A stretch of 64,000 bases of DNA from the NCBI GenBank assembly GCA_010909165.1, contig VJWM01000134.1, positions 1 to 64,000 on the forward strand. Reading direction: 5' to 3'. Within the stretch, counting starts at the first letter, position 1, and each line of letters starts with the position of its first letter. Origin of the DNA: Anthoceros angustus. Its lineage: Eukaryota; Plantae; Anthocerotophyta. The notes beneath the pieces were generated by a model. That model did not search any database and was not told the origin of the DNA. It saw nothing but the letters and a program-made list of their open reading frames with translations. The position numbers and the translations under genes are program-made. Positions 25,805 through 38,110 of this stretch are shown here, piece by piece.

Positions 25805-26130
25805 GGAATGATGGAATGCCCAATCGCCGACATGAGGGAATGACAAAATGCCCAATCGCCGACATGAGGAATGATGGAATGTACGCAACATGAGGGAATG
25901 ACGAAATGCCCAACTGATGGAATGACGAAATGCCCAATCGCCGACATGATGGAATGAATGAAATGCCCAACCGACATGATGGAATGATCTTAATGCCCAA
26001 CATGATCGAATGACGAAATGCCCCGACATGATGGAATGACGAAATGCCCAAGCCCGACATTAGGAATGACGAAATGCCCAATCGCCGGACATTAGAATGA
26101 CGAAATGCCAATGAATGACAAAATGCCCAA
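25805..26130. repeat. About 30-bp tandem repeat (GGAATGACGAAATGCCCAATCGCCGACATGA)
   Basis: About ten degenerate head-to-tail units, with no unique spacers. Confidence 0.9.
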
Positions 26131-26759
26131 TTGCCCGGTGGCGATGAACTAGGCACCCCATGCCAAGATGCCCACGAGAAGGCATGACTGAGCAGTGCAG
26201 ACGAATGAATGACCAAACAACACCGGATGTCAATATGCCCAGTTGCACCCTTGCCAATGTGCACGGATGTGCCCAAGTGCCCCCATGAAGTATCCCTCCC
26301 AGAGCCTAAAGCGAGGTTTGAACTGAATCAACAGTTGGGAAAACAAATGCAGAGCAAAGAATTAGCATGCTACCAACTTGGAAACACCCACACCATGCGG
26401 TGATGAACTTACAAAACCGAGCTTGCCAAGGCGATACTTTTGTACAATCGAATCAACATAAGGTCGCGAAATAAAAACACAGATCCCATCGTGTACACAA
26501 TTGTGCAAGGCAAACTCATAATCGCGATGGATGCGAAAACCATGGAAACCCTTTGAAATGTGTGGTAGGGCTCAAGCGGGGGCACTGCAGCATGTAGCAG
26601 ACATGTAGACAAAGCATCTAACACGGCATCACACCCACCACCATCCGCTCAAGGCTGTGCATTCACATGTTCTGGTCTAACACAGAAGGATGTGGGTGTC
26701 AAGGATCCAGCACACAAGGCTAATCATGTCAAGGATCACAAGGCCGTGTGTCAAGAATG

Positions 26760-26870
26760 CAAGGCCGGGGCTGTGGATCTGGAAGGCCGGGGCTGAAGGC
26801 CGGGGCTGTGGATCTGGAAGGCCGGGGCTGAAGGCCGGGGCTGAAGGCTGGGGAAGGCGTGATTCAAGGC
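26760..26870. repeat. Short tandem repeat (AAGGCCGGGGCTG with TGGATCTGG inserts)
   Basis: Read directly from the sequence. Confidence 0.85.
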
Positions 26871-27484
26871 CGGTATTCACGTGTTCAAACGTGAGTAGAA
26901 GCAGATGTCCTGTCAAGGTTCAAAGCACACCACACAAAACAATCTGCTGGATCAAGCTCCAACACACACACATAAAAATATTCGAGCTGTGAGCGGCTAT
27001 CCGGGCCAACCATCTAACCTAAACCACCTACCCATTCACAGCTTGCACATGCACTGATCACACGACCAGAATAAGCTCATGAAACGCACTACAACCATAA
27101 GCTAATGAAGCGCATGATTTTCGAACTGTGAGCAGATCTGGACAAAGAGACGACCGTCATCACGCATCACACCCACCACTCATCGCTAAGATCGCTCAAG
27201 GCATGCGATGTCATTAGATGCATCTGTCTGTCAAGGTTGAAAGCACACTTCAAACACAAAACAATCTGCTGGATCAAGCTCCAACACACACACAAAAACA
27301 TTCGAGCTGTCGGCATATCCGGACCAGTCCGCAATCACCGCTCACGGATCAAGCTCAAGCATATCACCAAAAAAAACTTGAGACAATCAACTAGGAGAAC
27401 GAGAAAATGACCCACGATTGTGCCCCTCCTCTTCTCCATCCTCTGCTGAAAGAACACGATGATTTTTGTCCTCCTCTACCAAGC

Positions 27485-28235
27485 CTATGACTTCCTCCTT
27501 CGAATAAGTTCTTCCTCACGCTCCTTGGCAGGCATGTCCTCCTGCTCTTGCTCCCTACCGGCGTCACCCTGTCTCACCTCCTCATGGCTGTCCTCAGAAT
27601 CTGAAGACACATGCTCAATCCCAGCACTGTTACCTTTCCCCCTGCTCTGTGACCTTGTTACGGGGCCTTGTGAATCAGGGGTCTCTTCCTGCCGGACATC
27701 CACTTTCTTCTCCTTCTCCCCTGCCCGACCCTTCTTCTTCTCCTCCTTCAAGGCTTTCCTCCCATCTGTTTCTTGTTTGAAGGCTAACCAGTTTACAGCC
27801 TTGTGCATTTTTTTCTCCACTAGGATGCCCAAGGCCATCAACCTCGGATTTTTGGCCACCACTACTAGCTCGCTTACCATAAATATGGAAGATCGTGTCA
27901 TCAATGTTCCGCCACTCCTTATCTGAAAACTTTTCAGATCCTTTCCACCGTAAGCCTCACCGGCGTTCTGTTACACCAAACGGAGGTCAAACACGTCGCC
28001 TCCCACCGCCTCCTTATGTTGAAGCATCACGAACGTTCACTCCTTCCTCTCGCAGGACAAAGTCTCCAGTGTGCCAACACCAAGTGGAGCGCTTCCACTT
28101 GGGTGCGTCCTCCAAGGCTTTCGTCACACGGGCTTGTCGAGTCACAGCATTCTTTAGAGCACGCTTCCGATTCCGTGTCATTCCTACAATCTCCTCATCA
28201 GACGCCACCATGTCACTATAAATAGATGCAGGCAT
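27485..28235 (-). pseudogene. ORF2 N-terminal part of element A (charged, unknown function)
   Basis: ORFs 28014-28235 and 27485-27904. MVASDEEIVG..; LMALGILVEKKMHKAVNW is conserved in B. Confidence 0.55.
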
Positions 28236-28599
28236 CCTAGCACCTTGTCCTCAATGTTGACCCAAATGGCCCGCAGCAGCAGTAGCGGCGGTAGATGAGC
28301 CTGCTGCTGATTCAAGCTAGCACATCTACAACAAAAAGCTTTAGCAACATGTTAATAAAAGCACAAACCAGCAGAGGGCAAGAGCAACAGCAGTCGTTGA
28401 GAGGCGGGCAACCGAGGGAGTGGAGCAAGCACCAACACTAGCAGAGTGCGAGCGGACCAAAACTTGCAAAGGCGGGCACGCACCGGCTAGCGAGCACCAA
28501 GGCTGTGAGGGGCGATGAGCAGGGGCAGCGGCTGGGGAGGCGGGAGCGGCGGCACAAGCAGAGCGGCTGGCGGGCAGCAGACAAGCAAGGGTAGGAGCA

Positions 28600-29110
28600 C
28601 CAGACCACCAGCTCCCAAGTTTCCCACGCCTCGGCCTTGAGCTCCCAAGCTCCCTTGAAGCCTCCCACGCTCTCGCCAGGCTCCCAAGCTCCCTTGAAGC
28701 TTCCCACGCTCTCGACTCCCAAGCTTCCCACACTCGCGACCTTGACTGCTTCCCACGCCTCGGCTCCCAAGCTTCCCACGCTCTCGGCTCCCAAGCTTCC
28801 CATGCTCTCGGCTCCCAAGCTTCCACGCTCTCGGCTCCCAAGCTCTGGCCAAGGCGTCCTTCTCGCAAGGAATAAATTTTGGTAGGAGAAACATAGGCGG
28901 GAGCACCAGTGAGGTAGACCAAAGCACAGGCGGGACCAGCGAGAGGAACCAGCACCAGGGCGGGACCAGCAGAGGGTCGAACCCGCCCGGGCGAGACCAG
29001 CAGCAGAGGGCCTCCAGCAGAGAGCCTCGAGAAGCAGAGGGCCTCGAGCATCAGCAGAGCGGACCAGCAGCGGCGCAAAGGGCCTCGAGCGGCAGAGGGC
29101 CTCGAGCATC
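28600..29110. repeat. Right subterminal repeats of element A (24-bp CTCGGCTCCCAAGCTTCCCACGCT array and GGGCCTCGAGC motifs)
   Basis: The 24-bp period is visible at 28759 and 28783 onward. Confidence 0.85.
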
Positions 29111-29430
29111 AGAGGCGGGCAGCCCGGCAGCGCCAAAGTTCGCGTAGGCACATGTAAGAAGATGGGCGGGAGCAAGCGGAGGGCGTTCGTCAAGGTAAGG
29201 TGTCGTTGACCTTCAAACATGTAAAAAGTAGACAAGGTAAACGTAAGATAAAAATAATCAACTACAATGATATAAAACTATAAGTATAAGTAGAATAAAA
29301 ATATTAATTTAGTGAAACTTTGACTATCTCACATCACTCTCTCACATCTCTCTCATCTCTCAAAAGTAACCAAGTGTACCACAACCATATGGTACAAAAG
29401 TGTACCACCAAACCATGCTTACACCCACAT

Positions 29431-31564
29431 ATAGCACACTTAGCCACCACCTTCTCAACATCCGTGATACATCCGACTGTAAATACGTATTCTTGACATG
29501 GTGTGTCCTCTTCACACCAAAGTGGCCAAGGGTTTCGTGCACCTTGGTCACTATCCCAACCCTTTCCTCAGGGCTTGGAACTTTCTTCACGAGCTCTCCC
29601 TCTGATAGCAGCAACTCACCATTTCTCCATGAGTATCTGGCCACACGCCTCCTGAGCTTAGCCAAGCTTCCCACGCCTCGACTCCCAAGCCCCTTGAAGC
29701 CTCCCACCGCCTCCTTCAAGAAATTGAGGGCTTGAGGATGTCTCCACACATCCCTGACAGACTCTGTCAGCACATGTCCTTCTTCATGCTCATCTGTCCC
29801 GGCCATGAGTGCCATGAAGCTGCTGGGTGCACCATCTATGTGCCCCTCATCCTGTCGAGCTCCTGTGACATCCTTGTCACTCTCCAGTGGATTTCTGCTT
29901 AGCCCATCTGTATTGTGATGCACCTTGCCTGCCCTGTGCACGACCTCCATATCGTACTCAGATAGCAGCAGCGCCCACCTGGCTAGCTTACCACTCAATT
30001 TCATATTGGTCATCAGCCAATGTAATGGCTGGTGATCTGTGACCAATTGAAAATGCATTCCATATAGATAAACCTTGAAATGCAGAACTGCCCATACTGC
30101 AGCAAGACACTCTCCCTTATATGAGGAGTAGTTCACTTCAGCAGAGTTGTTAGACCGGTTTGCATAAGCCATAACTCGTTCAACACCATCTGTACCATGC
30201 TGTGACAACACCGTTCCAATTCCCGCAGTGCTCCAGCCTGTGTACAATGTGAAAGGAAGATCAAAGTCCGGCCTAGCCAACATAGGCTTCTCTGCCAACT
30301 GATCCCGTAGATCCTGCCAAGCCAACTCCTGGTCTTGGTCCCATTTCCACGCAACGTCCTTCTTCAACAACTCATACAGAGGTTTACAGGTGGAACTGAG
30401 GTCCTTCATAAACCTCCTGTAATAGTTCACCAACCCTAGGAATGCTCTGAGAGCAGCTACATCCTTTGGCCTAAGCATCTGCATCACCACCTGCACCTTA
30501 GCCAACTGTGGCATAATGCCTCCTGGCACTATCTCATGCCCCAGATACTCGATCTGCTGGAAAGCAAACTTGTATTTCTTAGGATGAGCTTTCAAACCTG
30601 AGCTAGACAACCTCTGTAGCAATATCTCCAGATGATCCATATGCTCTTCGATTGTCTCACTGAAAACCAGGATGTCATCTATGTAACAACGCACAAATGG
30701 CAGCCCCTGCAGCTCCAGATCCGCAATTCTCTGAAAATATATGGAAGCATTCTTCAACCCAAACGGCATCGTCTCCCACTCCCAAAGCTGGTCCTTCCCC
30801 CAGAAGGCTGTCTTGCACTTATCCTGCTCTTCAATCACAATTTGGTTGAAGCTTGAGCGAAAATCCAAGCTGGTAAAGAATTTTGCCTTACCTATGGCAT
30901 CGAAAATCTCGTCTGGAGTAGGCATGGGGTACCGCTCCATGGGAGTCACCTCGTTTAGAGGTCGGTAGTCACCACACATCCTCCTGTCCTTCCACTCACC
31001 GTTTTCATCCTTTTTGAGCGGCAGGACCGTCGCAGCAGCATACTGAGAGCTTGACTTTCTTATCAACCCTGCTTCGAACAGATCTTGACAGCGTTAGTCA
31101 ACAATCTCCCACTCTGCTTGACTCAAGCGATGCCTTCTTCTGAAGATGGGCTCCTCATGAGTAGTCACCACTTTGAACTTGATCTTCTCATACCTGCCCA
31201 GCTCCTTCCAACTGAATGCAAAAGCACCCCTGTTCTTCTTGAGCATGTCGATGATCTTCTGTTTATCTTCCGGGCTTACATCTTCTACGATGTGCCACAC
31301 ATGAACCTCTTTCGTCACACTCTTGGTAGACAGTTCAGTGTCCACAGCAGCCATGTTGAATCTCTCCCGTGGCAGTTCATCTTCCTCTGCCTCCGAAACC
31401 TCTTCATCCTCTAGCAATTGCAGGCGAGGGTTTCGTTTCCCTTCAGCTTCTGCAAGCTGGAACGCCAAGCCTGTGCTCACTAGCCATCTCAGACTGTACA
31501 GGTCAAATGCTTGCCCAAGCATCCTTGTGGCGCGACTTTCGCTGATGGCCAGCCGGGCGCGCAC
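29431..31564 (-). CDS. pol: Gypsy-1 pol 5' part: RT, RNase H and integrase HHCC zinc finger
   Basis: RRMCGDYRPLN, YPMPTPDEIFD, MPFGLKNA, YIDDIL, IEYLGH, FLGLVNYYRRF, NYSSYKGECLAAVWAV, TDHQPL, GKLARW, ETLGHFGVKRT..DVEKVVAKCAIC. One stop near 31094 and a frameshift near 29480. Confidence 0.93.
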
Positions 31565-34500
31565 AATCCCGTGTCGTTGTAGTAAGGGGTTCGTTCCACA
31601 GGGAATGGACTCGTGCTTATTCTGCCTGAGCTCTACAACCTACCGCTGACGGACTTCATCATGTTGGGTCCGTGGCTCCACAACCCTAAGTGTGTGCCCC
31701 TCCACAACTCGTCGGACTGCACGCTGTAGCCACCTGGACCTTCCTACAAACCCCGCCTCAGTTTCTCCATTTCCAGGGCAGTTTAGCGACGTTTCTCCGT
31801 CGATCTCGTACTCTGGCGCGCCCCTCAACTCTGTCAAGCCACAACTCCACCTCAACACACACGCGCACGCGACCCTCCTCCCTTATCCATCCCAAGCTAG
31901 TAGTCACAACACCCGACGCGATGTATTCACACCGGGCCGTCTTTGCCCTTCCGGCCGCTTCACGCTCATGGAGAAGTAACCATGACTACAACCCCCTCCG
32001 TTCAGTGACCTCCGGGGATGGCTTCCACCGAACACGATAATTTTGCAAGGGGAATATACAAACCTCTTCTTGGGGTCGGACCCTCTTGACCAAACACCGC
32101 CACCAAAATAGCCTTTTACGTCGGGGTTAAAACATCACCCCCATTCACAGGTATACACTTACACATCAAATGTTTACCGGTTACTCCACTATGACCCAGC
32201 CAGTGTTGCGGCGGCCGGCCGCCTAACAGTCTATCACAACACTCAAGCCTTTGTACTATTTTGTGGGAACCACCGGTGGACTATCTATACCACAAAAAAT
32301 GGATCTTTCACCGTCAATCCAATGTTTTGAGTCCTGCCTACTTTAGAATGGAGGAATATGACGAGGCTATGTGGAACGAAGCATTTTGGTCACCCGGACA
32401 CGGCGGGGAGGCGTAGCGTGGATTGGGTAGTAGTTGTTCACGGTGGGTGGTAGGTAGGTCGATAAACGGTAGGAAGATGGTAGGACGTCCAGGAGTTAGA
32501 CTTAGAGTCGGCGTGCAATGGGAGGTTCGATCCAGTAGGAAGTATGGGTAGATAGAAGCATATATAGGCATGATAGGCTCAGAAAGTTCCTTGGACCATG
32601 GGAGTAGGAATATTCGGGGATAAGTTCCTTGGCCTTGAATTATTTAGATTCGGCTTGGCTATATGCCAAAAGGGCTAGTTAAGTTGTAGATAGAAAATAG
32701 CTACGGGGTTTTGAGCCGGACACGTGGCGTCGGGAGGCACCATTAAAGCGGTTGCATGTACTGCAAATCTGGTTATGAGGTTTGAGCAGGCGTTTTTGGG
32801 GCGCTGGCGGTAGGGGAGTAAGAGTTGCGCTCGAAGGAAGGCGGCGGTGGCGGCGTCTTGATCGATTACTGGCGCTTGGAGGGCCTTGCGAAGAAGCGTC
32901 AAGCGGCAAGCGGCGATAAGGCAAGGCCAGCGGGCGTGCTATCGGACGAGCTGTTGGGCGTAAGCGATGGGCTAAAAGTGGAGGTCTGCGAAAGTGAAGG
33001 TGCTCGAGCGAGGAGCAATTGTTGGAGGAAGGCGGGGCGAGGCGTGGGAGGCTGGCGGTGCAGGCTGGAGGGAGATTGAAGGGGCCAAGGCCACCTCTTG
33101 GCGGAGGTGGAGGAGGCATTGAGGGAAGTCTTCCCCCTTGCATTATCTCACCCAAACCACCACTTCTTTGCTCTCCCTCTCTTAGCACGATAGATTACTC
33201 TCCAATCTCTCAATTTTGCTATCCTTGTGTGTGCTCCCAGCATGCGGATGGTGAAGGTAGTAAGGGCCGGGACAGGGGTGCCTCAGGGAGAAACCTCGCC
33301 CACCCCACCCACAAAGGGAAAAGGTAAGAAACACCCAATTCGAGTTCGAGTGTAGGCGCTCCAAATTTCACCTCGAGATTTGGGCGTTCAGCGCCTGGCC
33401 TTGAGATGAAGATGGAATGGGTACTTGGTACAGGTGGCACTTTGCAGCCACCTTGGTTCGAGTGTCTTGTGACGAATGAGAGTGACCAAGGCGGACCAAT
33501 TCCGGAGGATCTGACGGTCAAAGTCATCTGGGATGTGGAATGCACATTTCGGGGATCGTGTTGATCTGGGAAGCCCACAAGGGAGGGATCATTCGGCGAT
33601 TCAGATTCTCAAGAATCGGATCCGGAGGAGGTTATGAGTATGTTCCTACGACCAAAGGAGGAAGTATGGTGTATGAGCAATGGTGGAGGATCTCTTTGTT
33701 CAAGGCGGAAGTGGAATTTATTAAGCCAAGATATGGCTGGGACTAACGTCTTGTGACAAGGAAGGCGATGCACAGGAAATTCCCATTTAATGATGATGTA
33801 TGAGATGTCGGGAAGTTGGTGGATTGGGCCACCATTACGTATGAGCAGTGATTGCGCACGGAACCATTTGGTGATGGAGGGGCAAGAATCGGTTTGTCTC
33901 TACCTTCCTCGTACACCTATATCGGAGGAGGAGGTTCTTGGTGACAGTGGAAGAAGCCAAGCCGATAGAAGCTACTACTGGTGAGGGTGGTGGAAGGAGC
34001 CATCGGCCCCGGAGGATGAAGAGGCAGGCCGAGGCCACAGGCGCCGCGCCCGAACCCGGCATGAGGCCTCGGGATCGGGAACCCAACAAAGAGGAAAAAG
34101 GCCATAGAAGCACCTCCTACGGAGGAAGGAGGAAAGGATCTGAGACCACCACCTACGGAGGTTGAGTTGGTAGGCCGACAACACCAGTGGTAGTGAACCC
34201 CTACGGTGGGACCCGAGGGAGGAGGACCTACGGTGGGAGCTTTACCTCCTACCAAAGTAGTAACAGACTTGTTAGATGGGCGGTGGCGGAGAAGAACGCC
34301 GAGGCGTTGGTGACCTCACGCGGAGGAGGCGATGGGAAGTGTTTGAGCGGCCCCGGCATCCTACAGAGGGTAGTTCTTTGAAGGAAGTGGGCGGGATCTA
34401 TGGACGCCCTAGTGGGCCGTGTCGGAGGTGGCCGAGTTCGTGTCTTGAAGAGACCTCTGAGGAGGCTGGAGGATCTCTTTGTTCAAGGAGCGGAATTTAT

Positions 34501-37500
34501 TCGCCAAGATATGGCTGGGACTAACGCGGCAAGGAAGACGACTGGAAATTCCCATTTAATGATGATGTATGAGATGTCCTGTGGAAGTTGGTGGATTGGG
34601 CCACCATTCATGAACAAAGCGTTGCACCGGAACCATTTGGTGATGGAGGAGCAAGAATCGCTTTGTCTCTACCTTCCTCGTACACCTATATCGGAGGAGG
34701 AGGTTCTTGGTGACAGTGGAAGAAGCCAAGATAGAAGCTACTACTGGTGAGGGTGGAAGGAGAGCCATCGGCCCCGGAGGATGAAGAGGCAGGGAGAGGC
34801 CACAGGCAAGAGGCCCGCCCGCGAACCCGGCATGAGGCCTCGGGATCGGGAACCCAACAAGAGAAAGGGAAAAAGGCCATAGAAGCACCTCCTACGGAGG
34901 AAGGAGGAAAGGATCTGAGACCACCTACGGAGGTTGAGTTGGTAGGCCGACAACACAGGTGGTGATGAACCCCTACGGTGGGACCCGGGGAAGGATGGAG
35001 GACCTACGGTGGAGCTTTACCTCCTACCAAAGTAGTAACAGACTTGTTAGGAGGCGGTGTGAGGGACGCCGAGGCGTTGGTGACCTCGCACCAGGAGGCG
35101 ATGGGAAGTGTTTGAGCGGCAGGCATCCTACAGAGGGTAGTTCTTGAGGAAGTGGGCGCAGGATCTATGGACGCCCTAGTGGGCAGGTCGGAGGTGGCCG
35201 AGTTCGTGAACTTGAGACCTCTGAAGGAGGCTGGAGGATCTCTTTGTTCAAGGAGCGGAATTTATTCGCCAAGATATGGCTGGGACTAACGCGGCAAGGA
35301 AGACGACTGGAAATTCCCATTTAATGATGATGTATGAGATGTCCTGTGGAAGTTGGTGGATTGGGCCACCATTCATGAACAAAGCGTTGCACCGGAACCA
35401 TTTGGTGATGGAGGAGCAAGAATCGCTTTGTCTCTACCTTCCTCGTAGACACCTATATCGAGGGAGGAGGTTCTACATGACGAGCCGGAAGAAGCCAAGA
35501 TAGAAGCTACCCTAGCAAGGGTAGGACACATCGAACGCAGCAAGGAGGAGGCAAGGAACGCCATGCTGAGGAAGACGAAGAAGTTAGTTGCCATGGAGAA
35601 AGAGGCCGCCGCCCGCGAACCAACATGAGGCCTCGTGATCGTGAACCCAACAAGAGGGGAGGAAGAGGCGAGAAGGACCTCCCACGAGGAAGGAGGAGGC
35701 AAGGCTAAGCGACCCATCAAGGGAAGACATTGAAGGCCGACAACACCTGGTAGGAGACGAACCGCCTACCAAGAAGACGAGAACAAGAGGGGAGGAACCT
35801 CCCGAGACGGTGGAGCTATCAGCGGGGAGGAACCTCCTACCAAGAAGTAGTAACAGACTTGTTAGCCCAATGGAGGTGTGACGAGAAGGCGAAGGAAAGT
35901 TGGAAGCTACCCTAGCAAGGGTAGGACACATCGAACGCAGCAAGGAGGAGGGAAGTGTTCGAGAATGCCGGCATCCTACAGAGGGTAGTTGCCGAAAGGA
36001 AGTGGGCGCAGGATCTATGGACGCCCTAGTGGACCGTGGTCGGAGGTGGCCGTTCGTGAACTCGAGACCTACGAAAAGGAGCCGGAGGATGCCGAGAAGA
36101 AATTGAGAGGAGCTCAAAACCACCTCCGAGAAGCAACACTGCTAGATCCGCCAAAGAGCGACGGGATGACCACCAAGTTGGTGAATGTGTGGGAAATGAT
36201 TGACCGTGTCTTAGGACAGAGGCAAAATCGCCAAGAGGGTCGAGGAGTTGGAAACCGCCAGAAGGAGGCAAGGAAAGTTGGAAGCTACCCTAGCAAGGGT
36301 AGGACACATCGAACGCAGCAAGGAGGAGGCAAGATCATACTAGCAAGGCCCCGGACCTTGAAGACGAGAAGGACCTCCCACGAAGAAGTTAGTTGCCATG
36401 GAGCAACGGAAGGAGCATTACAAGGGAAAATACGCGCCTTGGTGAAGGAACGACAAGGATGGGACAATGTGACCAAGGGTCACAAAGAGGAGCTTCAGAC
36501 ACGAGAGAACTTTTGGAGCAAAGAAGAAGGCCGACGACCTTACCCACGCCTATGAGAGAGGCAAGGAACCCGGAAGGAAGTTTTGATGGCCCAACGATCT
36601 TTGAGGGTCTGTGTCATTCGAGGAGCAAAGTAGGCGATCCGCCATAGTGAAACGCATGGCGATGGAAGCCATGGAGAAAGATAAGGAGATTGGGAGGCTT
36701 GCCCTGAGTTGGAGGAGCGAGTGGAGAAAGAGGCCGCATTGGTAGGAGTGACAAATCAAAGTGGGACGAAAAGGCCATCCCACTAAGGGTCCGCATCATG
36801 GACGACAAAAGAAGGAGAGTGGTAGGGTGGCGACCTACAACAACCTCCTAGAAGCGATTGAGGAACGCCATGCTGAGGAAGACGAAGAAACAGACTCACC
36901 GCTCGACGCATGGAATGGCAACCGGAGGTCAAACTTTGAGTTGGTACAAGGAAAGTCGCCGGGTAGACATAGCCAAACCGAGCGAGTCAAGAAGCACCCA
37001 CCGACGCCAAGGAACCTCCCGAGACGGTGGAGCTACTGCCGGGAGGAAGAGACCGATGGTAGGATGGTATCTACCAAAGTTCCTACCTGTAGGAACTGCT
37101 GAAGAGGAGGAGGTGACCGAAGGAAGGTACCTCCGGTCTACGAAACCAGTGAGGAAGGTACCCCAGCAAGATCCAAAGAGGTAGGAGACGAACCGCCTAA
37201 GAAGACGAGAACAAGAGGGGAGGAACCCATCGAGTGAACGGTAGGAGGAATGGAACCTCCTACCAAAGGAAGACCTACCACCGAGGGGCCGACGAGGCAA
37301 GCATACGTGCAGAGTCCGAGAAGACTCGGAGGTGGGCAAGGCTAAGCGACCCATCAAGGGGAAGACATTGAAGTCGAGGGCTAACAAAAAAAGCGAACGA
37401 GGATGTCAGAGACCTTTTCAAGAGGACGCTTTTGTCCCAAGTGGTGCACACCTTGGGAAGTGTGAGTATTTAAGAGTGGCGAGATAGATGATAGGATATT

Positions 37501-37617
37501 CGGCCAAGGTGAGTGGATCGAGCCGAGAGGACGAATCAAGGGGGCCGACAAGAGTCCTATTGTTGGACTTGGCAAGTCGCCTAGCATTAAACTAGCACGA
37601 GTGGCCAACGACTCACC

Positions 37618-37624
37618 TATAAAA
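37618..37624 (+). promoter_or_regulatory. Candidate TATA box of the gypsy-2 LTR promoter
   Basis: CACCTATAAAAGGGAGGG lies about 0.7 kb of LTR sequence before the LTR 3' end and is conserved in the other LTR copies (~46060, ~59440, minus strand). Confidence 0.5.
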
Positions 37625-38110
37625 GGGAGGGTGGAAGAATGAATAAACACCGACCTTGCTTTGTCATGCATTCTTCGCCTCCGGCATCCCTTTGTGTGTG
37701 TAGCTGACCGCCGCCGCCAAGCGACGAGAAGGCGAAGGGTGGGGTTCTTGAGGCCCTCGCGGTGGGTTCGCCAACGCAGCTCCTCCTCTCGTGAAAGATT
37801 GTTGTTGGATGTGCTGTTGTTGCCGGGTGGCTCTCGCAGGATCGGCGCCGACTACGCCGTGTTCGATACGCAATCGCCCGAGAGAAATACCCACCACTAG
37901 TATTAAGGTTCACAAAGGAACTCAGGCAACGAGAGTAGGCCGTAATTGAACACAATTGATTAATTAACAAAAAAGGGGTCTCTCATATATTTATCTATAT
38001 CCCTAAAAATGAAAAGTCACATGGTCTATGTGTGCGTACGCAACCCTTCAGAGTGTAGCTTAACATACGTATATTAGATGTATATATACCGTGACACTCC
38101 CTCTTAAGCT

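Larger units (their letters stand above)
14679..29426 (+). mobile_element. Element A: 14,748-bp Sola-type DNA transposon with accessory genes
   Basis: Perfect 21-bp TIRs GGGTGTAAGCATGGTTTGGTG (14679-14699) and CACCAAACCATGCTTACACCC (29406-29426). TSD ACAT at 14675-14678 and 29427-29430. The empty site restores the integrase sequence AKCAICDEVKARFN. Confidence 0.93.

Noticed and set aside
25805-26130. CRISPR-like array (also 19260-19540 and 28600-28850)
   Set aside because: Head-to-tail repeats without unique spacers, no cas genes, and a eukaryotic TE context.
28341-29235. 245- and 265-aa minus-strand ORFs
   Set aside because: They are read-through of subterminal tandem repeats (WEAWEPRA reiterations).
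29360-29430. C-terminus of the 568-aa pol ORF in the ORF track
   Set aside because: After a frameshift it runs into element A's TIR; the true pol continues at 14674.
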